Under the pieces are notes generated by a model. That model made no database searches. It saw nothing but the letters and a program-made list of their open reading frames with translations, and was not told the origin of the DNA. The translations under genes and the position numbers were made by a program. A DNA stretch of 57,955 bases, filler included, from Dugesia japonica (taxonomy: Eukaryota), in the NCBI GenBank assembly GCA_001938525.1. It is 6 parts of 6 records of this genome, joined end to end, with 100 filler letters (N's around TTAATTAATTAA, not from the genome) between each part and the next. Parts side by side here need not be neighbours in the genome. Positions count along the whole stretch, not along the records: positions 27,363 to 39,334 come from MQRL01635366.1; positions 39,435 to 48,785 come from MQRL01617765.1; 4 more parts are not named here. One strand, 5' to 3'. The number at the start of each line of letters is the position of its first letter. Positions within the stretch are counted from its first letter, which is position 1. Positions 34,651 to 47,188 of this stretch are shown in pieces.

Positions 34651-35140
34651 CTAAATTTCTTCAATCAAATTGATTAAATCTGAAGTAATGTTATTCAAAT
34701 ATCCTTGAAAATACAAATTTTAAAGCTCTATTATTACTATTTTTTTGTTGAGAACACATTTACACATAAAGGGTCATATTTTACAAGTCTAAGAGCTGGA
34801 AATAACTCTGGTTTAAACCAACAGTTGACTACTCTTAATAATTTATACAAATTTGTTGAGACTCCCATATTTACGACAATGGATAGCGATTGAAATTGAA
34901 AAATTTTTATATCATACTGGTTTAAATCAAGCGGTTCCAATGGTTTCTTACAACCCATTATTCTACATTTTCCTGATTTTAAGTAAATAATTGTAAATTT
35001 ATCACTTTTGACTTGGAATGGACAGGGTTTAACCGTAAGAAAGCTCATTTTCTTTGTTACTTCTTGCGGCTTTACACCTCTGTAATTAATATTGGTTATA
35101 TTAATTAATGAATTAAGAGGAACATTGGGGTTTTGATGGT
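34651..35140 (-). pseudogene. TATA-box-binding protein (TBP)-like gene, intronless, lightly decayed
   Basis: Two TBP half-repeats: INITNINYRG...FTIIYLKSGKCRIMGCKK and IFQFQSLSIVVNMG..NLYKL...WFKPELFPALRLVKYDPLCVNVFSTKK/IVIIEL (cf. TBP ALIFSSGKMVCTGAK and YEPELFPGLIYRM.PRIVLLIFVSGKVVLTG). Frameshift at ~34740, one stop, start codon lost. Confidence 0.78.
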
Positions 35141-35249
35141 ATTATTTTAATTTATTCGTTAAAACAAATACATAAAATGTAATAAATTAAAGAAAACTAA
35201 GATAAGCAAATGATAATCAAATTATTCTAAGTAAAAAATACCATAATAA

Positions 35250-36400
35250 GCCTTATATTACACAGTTGCTATGAAAATAATACATGGTTGTTATATAAAT
35301 AATACATGGTAACTAAGCAAATAATATACTCATAAACCTTATAATACAGGGTTACTATGTATTAATACACTCAGAATCCTTATATTACATGGTTGCTATG
35401 TAAATAATACAAGGTAGCTATGCAAATAATACACACAAAAATCATATATTAAACGGTTGTTATGTAAATATTACATGGTACATAAGCAAATAATATACTC
35501 GTAAACATTATATTACAGGGTTACTATGTATTAATAATCAAGACTGTCCATTATCTTGCAATAATATCAAGACTACCCTATATAGCAACACATGCCTAAT
35601 AATTCTTATTGATTTATTTTAATAAATGTAACAGGTATGCAACTTAGATGCAACTCAGATGCAACACACATACACTGAAAATCATGCTTCTGAGAATTTT
35701 TAGTAAATTTTTCTCCAAAAAAGAAATTTTTAAAACTCAACATAGCCACCACTTTAATTTTTTATTAATTTTTTTANAATAAATTTTTAATAAATGCAAT
35801 AGGTATGCAACTCAGATGCCATGAGAATGCAACACATATACACTGAAAATCCCATGCCTATAAAGTTTAGACTGTCCCATCACTTGTAAAATATCAAGAC
35901 TGTCCCATTTAAAGCAAAAATATGTTAAAAAATCAATAATGCTTCAATGTCTTTTAAAAATATTAAGACTCCCCAATGTCCTGCAATAATATCAAGACTG
36001 ACCCATTTAAAGTAAAATATAAAGAAATAATCAATAATGCTTCAATTAATACTGTCCAATCTCTTACAAAAATATCAAGACTGACCCATTTACTGCAAAA
36101 TATCAAGTGTGTTCCAACCTATGCAAAATATAGAGACGACCCATACCATGCAAAATATCAAGACTGTTCGATATCTTGTAATAATAGCTTACAAAATATC
36201 AAGACTGCCCATACCTTGCTAAATAAAGAGACTGCCCAGTGCAAAACATCAAGACTGCCCCATTCCATGGTAATTATAGAGACTCCTCCATGCAAAACAT
36301 CAAGGCTGCCCCATACCATTGTAAATATAGAAACACTCTGTTACTAAACACTCTGTTACTAAATATCAAGACTGCTCAATCTCATACTTAAATATAAAGT
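35250..36400 (+). repeat. Two degenerate subterminal minisatellites (TACATGGTTGCTATGxAAATAA ~22 bp; AAATATCAAGACTGCCCAT ~27-29 bp)
   Basis: Visible recurrent cores at 35250-35535 and 35535-36400; ORF 35976-36347 is a translation of this repeat. Confidence 0.8.
35601..35802 (-). repeat. Right arm of the ~200-bp inverted repeat flanking the TBP-like gene
   Basis: Reverse complement of 34227-34425. Confidence 0.9.
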
Positions 36401-39334
36401 CTGCTCAAAAAAAATTTAAATTTCCAATGCAAAAATAAATTTTTGAATTTCCCGCCAAAAAAAATTTAAACTTCACGCCCATAAAATTTCAAATAAATCT
36501 TTAAAAATTTGATAATTAATTGTCTTTCCACACATACCTTTGTCCACACACTTATACTACTTACAAAATTCAACCAATCAAATTCAAGCCCTTAAAATAA
36601 AAAATTCAAAGCACATTTGACATACAAAATCTTCTCTTTCACATTACCTCTCAAACCACACATCAACCAAAAAATTACATCAACCACGTACAAACCTATA
36701 ACCTTCCAAAGAACACCCCCACGATAACTCATACCACTGATCTGATGCGCTACCATACTTCTAGCAAAATCCATCCATCCTAGCCCATAAGTCCTTTAAA
36801 CAATATATAGACCAAATTTTTGTCCCACAACAACCAAATCTTAAAATCTAAAAAAAAATTATTTCCAAGATCTCCAACTCCTCCTCGAGTATAAAACACT
36901 TGTTTCACACACACACAAACTAGTTTTGAAAAAACACCTTAACAATCCAAACACACACAAATTTTAAAATTTAAAAATACACACTAACAGGATCAAAAAA
37001 ATATGATCCGATCAAAAATTTTTTGATCCCAAAAATCTTAGAAAAAAAACTAACGAAAAAATTATTGCACAATCGTAATGTGTTTCAGAGCCCCCCGGGT
37101 GGTGGTGCGCGATAACTTCTAGTGTTTTGAGGCGCTACTATCTATCTGCTAACCATATTATTAAAAAAATATATTATGTCTATTTTTTTTCATATAAATT
37201 TAATTTTCTCAGATAGGGGTTATTTGGATTATTATGATAGATTATTTTTTCATCTTATCAACTTTAATAAAACAACAGTGATATTGAATAAAGGTTATGG
37301 ATAATTGTGGAATTCTTAATTTAACTAATAAAGTGCATTATAGTGGCCCGAATTTAGAAAATGCGATACTGAATAAATGTTACATTGTCTGCACAAAAAT
37401 GAAAAATAAATTACTTAAACTAGCATTGATTAGTCCGTTGATAGTAATTGCCTAGGCATAAAATAGAATCACATTGTTTGATTACTATAAGATATTCTAT
37501 GTAGTCGGAATTTAATTTGGCGCTAATAGGGTTAAAAAACATCAATAATAAATTCATTAATATTAAATTGAATTAAAAATTCAGTGTTTTATTATAAATA
37601 GCCTATACAAAAATGGCAATAAATTATATAATTANNNNNNNNNNNNNNNNNNNNNNNNNNNNNNNNNNNNNNNNNNNNNNNNNNNNNNNNNNNNNNNNNN
37701 NNNNNNNNNNNNNNNNNNNNNNNNNNNNNNNNNNNNNNNNNNNNNNNNNNNNNNNNNNNNNNNNNNNNNNNNNNNNNNNNNNNNNATTATTTAAAAATCA
37801 TGTTGATACTGTCTCTATAGTTAATAGCTGATCACTAATTAACTTTCAACGTTTTAAAATTTTCTTAAATTAAAATTAACTTAAATATTTCATTATTATG
37901 TAATTATAATTATTTATTCAGAATTTCTTTTCAATATACTGTTTAATTAATCAAGTCAAATTTTAATTCTTTTTATTAATTTTCAATATTACTATTAATA
38001 ATCTAATAATGTCATTCTGATAAAAATAGTATAACATTGTACAATTTTAGAAATTCATCTAATCATTACTTGTTCCTAAGATTTTGTATAATTTTTAAAG
38101 AATTGTTTTTGTAAAACCAAAGACTTTAGTTTTAAGTTCAATGAGTAAATCTGAAAAATCTAGTTATATGTTATGGTTAGAAATATTAAATCAAAGATGT
38201 ATTGAATTTGAATAATCCTTCATTTATAATGAATTTTTATAGCTTCAATTGGTTCAAATAATCCACAAATTCGAAATATAAAACAGAGTGACAGTGTTAA
38301 ATTGTGTACAGATAATTCTGATCTTATGAAAACCGTACATAATCCAAAAACTTCACATTATAAAAGTCAAGAAGAGTACTTCGATGAAATAATTTTGATT
38401 AAAAAGGTTTTAAATAAATGATTTTTTCTAACTTCTTAAATACTTATGTAAATTAGCATATTTGATATTTCACCCACTTAAGTTTGTAATTAACATTACT
38501 CATTAAATTTGATAAATAAAATTAATAAATTTTAAGATTGTAATAATTAACTTTCACTACTATGTTTTTAAAAAATTACAACTTAAAATCTTTGCAACTT
38601 TGAATTGTTTATATTTATTTCAATAAAGTTAAAACGAGAATAATATTTTCATGTGTTTTTGTATTTAATGTTAAGCTGAAAATAGTACTTTGGGAAAACC
38701 GCAATTTTCAGATTTTTTAATTGGTAGTTAAAGAGTGGTTAATGCCGTCTTGATGAAAAAAGTAAAATATTGTACAGTTTTAGAAAATCATCAAATTATT
38801 TCTTGTTAAGATTTTGCGATTAGGTTGAGAGGAATATAGACGTTTTTGTATTTAATTTCAAAATAACTATTTTCAAGATTAAAAAAATATTTTTTTTAAA
38901 TTAAATTCTATCCAGAATAAGACTTATAAATTTAAAATTCTTCCAATTTTACATCACAAAAATTTTTCAGATCTACAATTTTTTAAGAATGTATAATTAT
39001 ATTATAGCATGTTATTGTTAGACTGGAATTTAAAACTCATAACTACATGTATCTATGAATATTTAGGATATTGTTGCGTTAAAGGGAGAAAATGAAATTC
39101 TCAAATGTAAGTTACGGAAAACTGATGAAATGTTGATCAAAAAGGTATGAGCTATATATACAATGCAGTATTAATTTTTTTATTTAAGGACAAAGAATTA
39201 ACTGAAGTTTTAAATGTAAGTCTTGTAATACGGACTCAATTTTTAATATTTGTTAATATTATTTTTCATGTAATATTAGAAAACCTACTAAACCACATGC
39301 CCCTCCCTCTGCCGGCAAAGTGGTTTGTTTTTTT

Positions 39335-39434
39335 NNNNNNNNNNNNNNNNNNNNNNNNNNNNNNNNNNNNNNNNNNNNTTAATTAATTAANNNNNNNNNN
39401 NNNNNNNNNNNNNNNNNNNNNNNNNNNNNNNNNN
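39335..39434. other. Artificial scaffold linker
   Basis: TTAATTAATTAA at 39379-39390 between N44 runs. Confidence 0.97.
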
Positions 39435-39494
39435 TCATCGTAATGTGTTTCCGAGCCCATGCATGTGCGGGCAGTGCGCCACTATCCCCCTACT
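39435..39494 (-). mobile_element. Right terminus of an AGTAG-type TIR element abutting polB mid-gene
   Basis: ATCGTAATGTGTTTCCGAGCCC...GTGCGCCACTATCCCCCTACT, similar to 37072-37150. Confidence 0.7.
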
Positions 39495-40945
39495 ATTATA
39501 TGATAGTATATTTGAAACTAGATGTGTTTTTGTTAGCCGATTTCTTTCACCAGTTCAGAAATAAATCATTGGCACACAATAATTTGGAGCCATTAACATT
39601 CTTTGACATCTGGATTGATGTCATTAAATGAGCCAATTGAATTGTTGACTGATAATGATATGTATACCTTTTTTGAAGGAAGTATAAGAGGTGGGCTAAC
39701 ATTTGTAAATTAAAACCATGTTGTTAGTAATGAAAACACAAATTTATTATACATCGACATCAACAATCTATATGGATGAGCATTAAGTCAGAAATTGCCC
39801 TATGCCGATTTCGAGTGGGTATATACTGGATTAGATTCAGTATTGGAAGAATGCAGAATAGGAGATCTCGAATCCTTACCATATGGTTACACATTAGAAA
39901 TAGATATGGTTATACCAGCAGAAATCCAGGGTGAACTGAATGATTTACCTGTTGCAGCAGAACATCAAAGTGCTCCAGGTAGTAAGGTGATAAAATTGAT
40001 CCTGACTCACTACCCAAAAGAAAATTATGTCATACACTGGAGATTGCCGCAAATTTATTTGCAATTGGGTGTACAAATAACAAAGGTACTTAGAGGTCTA
40101 AAGTTTAGCCAGGAATCTATTTTCAAACAATATATAGATGTGAACACTAAATTAAGATCAGAGTGTAAATCAGAGCTGGATAATAATTATTATAAGCTTT
40201 TAAATAATAGCCTGTATGGTAAANCAGTTGAAAATTTAAAGAAGAGAATGAATTTAAGATTGTGTAATTCAGCTCAAAAATTGATGACATATACTTCGAA
40301 AGCTGGATTCAGAAAAACAACTAAAATTGATGGTGATCTAATAGCCGTTTGGTTGAACAAAGAGATTGTTTGTTTGAATAGATCGAGCTACATTGGTCAG
40401 TTTTTACTTGACTTAAGCAAGCTAAGAATGTACCAATGGCAGTACATTTTGCTTGAAAAGTACAGAAAGGAAGAAAGTTGTGAGGTAAATATTGTAGCCG
40501 AATAGCTTTTACGAATAGCTTTTTCTTGGAGATTAATAACATAAAATTGGAAAAACTAACCGGATTAATGGTGAAGAACCAGCTATTGGACACATCCAAT
40601 TACAGCACAACCCACCCCCTTTACAGCAACGGTTTAAATTCAGTAATTGGCAAGTTCAAGGATGAGAGCAAAGGGTAGAAATTTCAAGAATGGATATTTT
40701 TGAGACCAAAATGTTATAGCTTACTTAGCGAGAAAGAATCAATGAAAGCTAAGGGCATAATATCAAAAATTACTGACATTTATCATCAGTCATACCTTGA
40801 CTGTTATAATAATAATGAAACGGTCTCAGCTTAACATCATCAGCTCTACAGTATTAAGAATCAAAGGATAGCTCTTTTCAATAGGAATGATAAGCGAGTA
40901 TGGATAGGGAAAAATGTAAGTTTACTATATGGGCATTATATTGTA
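39495..40945 (+). pseudogene. polB: pPolB C-terminal half, Polinton family B
   Basis: YLKLDVFLLADFF, EGSIRGG, YIDINNLYG*A, YKLLNNSLYGKxVEN, GKFKDESKG, LRPKCYS, NDKRVWI...YGHY; colinear with 30390-31856. Confidence 0.92.
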
Positions 40946-41487
40946 ATACTTTTCCTCAATCAAGATCAAACCAATTCAATCACGCTCAATCCAATCTACC
41001 TCAAAGTATGACTTTATTTTATATTAGATAATATTTTAAATTTTTATATTTAGGAAAAAGAAGAAAATTGTATATATGTAAACGTGTAACGGTCCTCTTT
41101 AGGACCATAAATATTGATTGAGATTATATTAGTCGTCATTAGGGCTCAAAATTATAATTTCGATAAAGAAATTTAAACAGAGAACATGCAATACAGATAC
41201 AATTCAAGAAAAAACTATGAGTCATACACGTGCAACTTGAATGCAAGTTAAACAAAGACATTGTAATGCGAGTGCAACTAGAACAAAAAGCATGAGTAAT
41301 ACTTATGCAATATGAATACAGATTAATCAAAGACAATTCAACATGAATGCAAGTACACAATGAGGATNAGTGCGCAATAAGAATGCAAGTTAAACAAAGA
41401 AAATGAAGTTGCAACAAATGTCAATATAAATAAAATCGTCATTTTTCATTTTATCAACAATAAATTTAGATAAAGTTATAGATGATA

Positions 41488-42076
41488 TGGTTGAATATAT
41501 TGATATAAATTGTACTCATGAAAATCAAAAAAAATGTTGTAGAATTGAATGAAGAAGAATGTACTTCATTGTCATAAGAGGAGAAGGAAACATTTGTTGA
41601 AGTTATAGGTAAGATATTTTTATTAATTTATTATATAAATAATGAATAACTTAGAAAATATTCAAGAGGATGTTGAAATGATAGTCGATGTACAAACAGT
41701 TGAAGATGTACCAAAAATAGAAGAAGGAATACTGATTAATAAATGCACGGACCTTTTAGAAAAATCAGCCGATATATTTGATAAAGGCTTCATTTAATTT
41801 AAATTAAATTATATTAATTATTTTCTAGAGTTGTTCATCGAATTACTTGAAACTAATTATCCAAAACTAAGAAAAGAAATATTATACTGCGCACCAGAAT
41901 TGTTATTGTTTAAAATTAAACATATGACTGGAGTTGATATCAAANNNNNNNNNNNNNNNNNNNNNNNNNNTCATAAAGAAGATATTGATTGTGAATATTG
42001 TTCTAGAAAGAAGAAAGATTTGAAGAGAAAATTTATCGACTCTATCTTTCCTGAGTCTAATAATAGACAATGTTAA
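41488..42076 (+). pseudogene. Small three-exon gene of unknown function downstream of polB
   Basis: Phase-1 introns 41609-41654 (GTAAGA..TTAG) and 41787-41828 (GC..TTTTCTAG) join FVEVI/ENIQEDV...IFDK/ELFIELLETNYPK...CEYC in frame; exon 1 has a stop. Confidence 0.45.
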
Positions 42077-42529
42077 TAACTTTATGTTAATTATTTTAGT
42101 TTGTTATTAAATAAATGTTAATTTAAATTTAATTTTTTTATTCTTCATTACTGTATTAAATACTTTTTCGGAGATAAATAAAATTAAGTCTGTCAGGAGA
42201 ATTTTAATATTAAGTCTGCCTGGAGAAATTTAATATTAATTCTACCCGGATAATATTTGACATTGACCTAAAAAAGATTGTCATCAAAATGTTCTTGACC
42301 TACATTCATTCAACCTTCAAATATTTCCTCAATCAAAACTTATTATACTAAATCAATCTGACCTTAAANNNNNNNNNNNNNNNNNNNNNNNNNNNNNNNN
42401 NNNNNNNNNNNNNNNNNNNNNNNNNNNNNNNNNNNNNNNNNNNNNNNNNNNNNNNNNNNNNNNNNNNNNNNNNNNNNNNNNNNNNNNNNNNNNNNNNNNN
42501 NNNNNNNNNNNNNNNNNNNNNNNTTGAAA

Positions 42530-44333
42530 ATTCGACCTTGAATTATTTCTGTTTATTAGAATGTTTATAAGATACCGGGGCTATAATTAACGTTATGAGT
42601 TTGAGTTGTTTTAATAAATTACGATAAATTCATTTAGAAATGAGTGATGAAAGATTGCGTTGTGCTACACTATCTACCTACTATTATCTTTACATAAAAA
42701 TGTATAGTAGNTAGATACGTGCAACACTGGAACAGTGCATTTAGTTGGTTTTTTAAAACATTCAAAAAAGGTTGAAGAACAAAAAATTTGAAGAACCAAA
42801 AATTTGAAGAACAAAAAATTAAAGAACAAGACCCCCCCGACCAGACTAATGCAAGTGTTCCAGTGTTCTACCTACTACAAAAATTGTTGGAAAAGTTAAA
42901 ATTGGAGTGATAATTGATGAAGTTTGCAAAGAGATTACTTTCTTAGTTGCTGAAAGAGTNNNNNNNNNNNNNNNNNNNNNNNNNNNNNNNNNNNNNNNNN
43001 NNNGATATCAGCTTATGCGAAAGGTTAACAGCAAAACGGATAAAAAAGTAGAAAATTACATTTGTAATATTGAAGCAAAATTTGGCAGACAAATTTAAAA
43101 AGGTGAGCGATTAACAAGAGCTTTAAATATTCTGAAGATTAAAGAGAATCAACAGTTATTGTAAATAATGGAAAGTAAAGAAGGTGCTTTTATGGCAGAT
43201 AATTGGGATGTAGGATGCACACATCTTATAAGACATAAAATAATCACAAGTGGTATTCCAATCAATGTAAAACCGTATAGGCAACCAATGAACTTAGAAC
43301 CTAAAATTGAAGAAGATATCCAAAACCTTTTCGAGAATAATATTATCCGGAAATGCAACTCTCCTTGGAATACCCCATTGATTTTCGTTTGGTAAAAGGA
43401 AAGAAAGAACATAAGAATATGTTTGGATTTCAGACAATTGAATATTGTAACGAAAAGACAAGCCCTTTTGATGCCTAATGTTGATGAAATGGTGGAAAAG
43501 TTAGATGGAGCTAAATATTTTAGTTTAATAGACTTGGGAAATGAGTACTATCAGGTGGAGCTCGAAGAAGAATCTCAAGAAAAAACGGCGTTTTCAACGA
43601 AGCACGGATAATATTGTTTTAATAGAATGAATCGTCATTTGGAATTGATGCAGCAACAGGTACGTTTCAGGAGATGACACATAATTAGTAGAGATGGTGT
43701 TAGAACTGACCCGTCTAAAATAGATGCAATAAGAACATTTGGCAAACCTAACTATGTGAAGAAGCTGCGAAGTNNNNNNNNNNNNNNNNNNNNNNNNNNN
43801 NNNNNNNNNNNNNNNNNNNNNNNGGAATTTGTAATTATTACAGGAAATTTATAGAAAACTACGCAAGAAAATCAAGAATCTTAAAACAGTTGTGTAGTGG
43901 ACCAAACCACAAAACCTTAGAATGGAAAGATGAAATAAGCGATACTTTTGAGGGTCTAAAGAAATCTCTAATGCCTGCACTAATATTGTGTTTTCCAGAC
44001 ATAAACAGAGAATTTATATTAGATACAGATGCCAGTTTTGATACAATTGGAGCAGTATTGTCACANNNNNNNNNNNNNNNNNNNNNNNNNNNNNNNNNNN
44101 NNNNNNNNNNNNNNNNNNNNNNNNNNNNNNNNNNNNNNNNNNNNNNNNNNNNNNNNNNNNNNNNNNNNNNNNNNNNNNNNNNNNNNNNNAAACATTACTT
44201 GTACGGTAGAAGATTTACTCTTAGAGCAGATCATAAAGCTCTAACCTTCATGATGACGACGAAGAAACCAATTACGTCGCAATTTCAGACATGGATTAAT
44301 TATCTGAGTAGTTTAGAGAAAACTGAAAAATGA
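42530..44333 (+). mobile_element. Degenerate Ty3/Gypsy pol region
   Basis: Protease DTGAIINVMS (42571), RT (PINVKPYRQP, SPWNTPL, LDFRQLN, YFSLIDLGNEYYQV, KTAF), RNase H (FILDTDAS, HYLYGRRFTLRADHKAL). Confidence 0.9.
42706..42876. mobile_element. 170-bp miniature element with AGTAG(G)TAGA termini
   Basis: Left AGTAGNTAGATACGTGCAACACTGGAACAGTGCATTTAGTTGG; right reverse complement AGTAGGTAGAACACTGGAACACTTGCATTAGTCTGG; extra orphan end at 42667-42682. Confidence 0.7.
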
Positions 44334-45494
44334 ATTACTAGTTTTTTCTATTTAACGTTTTATCTATAAAGTTTGATAATTATAGGTTTACATATTTGGA
44401 ATTAGTGAAAGATTCTCTATCGAATAGATACCTTTTTGGCGAATTTTGAGATACTTTTTCAATTTTCGAAAAAAGTTACCAAATCCGAGATGACAGCTGA
44501 ATATCTTCTCTAGGAAGCATTTTTACCGATACGATATTTTAACTTTGCATAGTCACATTTTCCTCGTGAGTAAAATAATACCAAATTTGAAACCATATGA
44601 GGTATGTATGCAGAAAGAATTTAGCACCAAAATACAAAATTTGAGATTTTTCACCACAAAACCCTATTCCAGATAAACTTTGGCGATTTTAGGTTTATAT
44701 ATTTGGAACCAGCAAACAACTTTCTATCTAATAGATATGATTATGTAAAGATGAGAAATAATTTTTTCCAAAAAGTTTTATTTGTAAAAAAAATCTCCAT
44801 CGAATTCTCAATCGACTGATGTGAAAATCTCGATAAAAATTTTTTCAAAAATTTTCGAAATTTTGGATGTTACCCCGGATTCCCATAAAAATTTGATTTA
44901 AAAATTTTAAAAATCTGAAAATTTAAACAAAAATGACCTAATTTTACCAATTTATCATAAAAGTTTAAAATAATTTTAAAAAACTGGAAAGTTTAAACAA
45001 ATTCGACTTTTTTCCAAGAATTTCCGTAAGCTTTCAACCTAAATTGACCAATCTCAAGAAAATATTTGACCCAATCACCGAGAAAATTACCCAAGCTAAG
45101 CAATCCAGAGGAAATATTCGACAGAATTCACCTGGACCAACCAAAACTTGACCATATTCCACCTAACCGAGAAAATTCCCAACCAAATTCACCTAAACCA
45201 GCCAAAAATTTTCCATATTCGACCTCACCGAAAAAATTCCCAACTATATATACATGAAAAATTCTACTGCTTAAAAAGACTATAAACATTTTCCCAACTA
45301 AATACACAGTAAAAATAAAAAATACTGGATCACTTATGTACTAATCTCGCGATGAAAATAATCTTGCACACATAAATTTTGTTCTCGCCTAAGAGAGTTT
45401 TTGTTAAATTAAAAAGTCGATATCGATTGCGCCATCTACAATAATTAAAATATTCAAACTGTTGAGAACCTATGTCTCTTTTGGCATCCAATTA

Positions 45495-45915
45495 AATTTG
45501 GAGAAGAAAATGATGTATGTCAAGTTGACGAAAGCTTAATTTGTCATAAGCAAAAGTATCATCGAGGCAGATTTTCAAATTCCCAAATATGGGTATTTGG
45601 AATTGTAAACTGCAGTTATGTTCCAGGTAAAGGATTTATGCAGGTGGTACCTGATAGAAAAGCTGATACTTTATTGTCAATAATTACTCAGTGCGTCCAG
45701 GTAGCATTATCCATAGTGATGAGTGGAGAGCTTATTATTCTCTTGCTACACTGGGATATGAACTCCTGACAGTTAATCATAAAATGAACTTTATTAACCC
45801 TCAAACTTGAGCTCATACCCAGAATGTCGAATCATATTGGAAAAAACAAAATTCCCGTTGTAAAAATATTGTAGATCCATTGGAGAAATTATTTGAGGTA
45901 ATAAAAGAAAATTGA
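45495..45915 (+). pseudogene. Merlin (IS1016/IS1595-like) DDE transposase relic
   Basis: VCQVDESLICHKQKYHRGR...WVFGIV...VPDRKADTLLSII...PGSIIHSDEWRAY...TVNHKMNFINPQT*AHTQNVESYW. Confidence 0.88.
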
Positions 45916-46288
45916 AATAAATAAATTGAAATGAATAAAGTTGTTCGTTTAGAAATGTGTTCTTGAAAAGTGTAATTGTGAAATGAAATTGTGCAATCTT
46001 GGAGTCATTTTTTAAATATGATCTCTTTCAACTGCTTCCTCCAATGATTTTAGTTTGAATAATTTTAGTGCACTTGTTAATTATTCTATGTTTCAAGTCA
46101 TTAATAAACGCTTTTACCATGATTTCTTCTTTCTTTCATGCACAAGAAGTAATGTAACTGAGTGACTTATATGTGTGTGAACCTATACCAGTCTTCTTTA
46201 GGGCAAAAAATAATGATTGAACGAATAACAGTTTATGTAGGCCTATGTAATTCAAGTTAAACAAAGAAAATGCAAAACAGATGCAAGT

Positions 46289-46320
<32 letters not shown>

Positions 46321-47188
46321 GTAACAAGTATATGTTAAAAAAAACTATTTTAAAATCGCCTTGTTCTTTGTTTAAATTATTAGTTCTGATAATGACATAT
46401 TCAAATTTGTGGTGGATGATGTTAATAAAATGGGTAAATATTTCCTTTACCATAGAACCTCTTTAAGTTTTCCTCATGGTGTTTTCAGAGTTATTTGAAC
46501 TTGGTAAGATAGTAGTAAGGAAAAATAACGCGAAATCATCAGAAGTGTTTCACATGAATAACAGTCATTCCAAATCAAAATGATAATAATAGTACTCTAA
46601 CATGTCAAGGTACAGCAACCCTGTGAAACACATTAAGAGTAGCAGAAAAATAGAAAACACTGTGGATATGTCAATTTAAAATATTTATATCACTGGGTAT
46701 TATATATTTTTAAACCGAGTTCGTAGGAAATGACACAGGAGTATATATAATAACTCAACCTTTGAACTTTGAATAACATTTTTTATTACTCGGGATAGTT
46801 TAGATAATCCATTACCATCTAATCAGCATGCTTTTAAATAACAAATGAGTACCAGAAAGAAAGGAAAACAGTTTTTTTGTAATGATAATAATAGTTGACT
46901 TTCACATGCATTTTTATATATATTATATCAATACCAATTATTTTGTTGTTTTCCTTAGTGTTCATTAATTTTGTGGTTTTACTTCTTTATTATCTAAATT
47001 TATCAAACATGTTATACACTATACAACATATGATACATTCAATTATTATCGCGTACTAAGATAAAATATATAAAGGCGATTTGTATTGACATAAAGTTAC
47101 AAATTATTCTTTGCAGAAATTCTAATATAAATTAAAATTACATTTAATTAAAGCGATTTTTTTATAATTTTATAACTATAATTATTAC

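Larger units (their letters stand above)
32833..37150. mobile_element. 4.3-kb element bounded by long imperfect TIRs with AG...CT Polinton-like termini, carrying a TBP-like gene
   Basis: 32833-33076 is the reverse complement of 36947-37150 (AGTAGTGAGATAGTGGCGC vs AGCAGATAGATAGTAGCGC; shared AAGTTATCGCG, CCCGGG, AAACACATTACG, CTAAGATTTTTGGGATCAAA). No clean TSD. Confidence 0.7.

Noticed and set aside
35535-36400. CRISPR-like array (AATATCAAGACTG core with variable intervals)
   Set aside because: Intervals are short and mutually similar, the repeat is degenerate, there are no cas genes and the context is eukaryotic; it is a minisatellite, and ORF 35976-36347 is its translation.
37090-37123. 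Helitron 3' end (GC-rich stretch plus CTAGT)
   Set aside because: Lies within a TIR whose inverted partner lacks the CTAG; similarity continues to 37150.
45066-45257. Pro-rich ORF
   Set aside because: Translation of a degenerate AAATT(C/G)ACC repeat.
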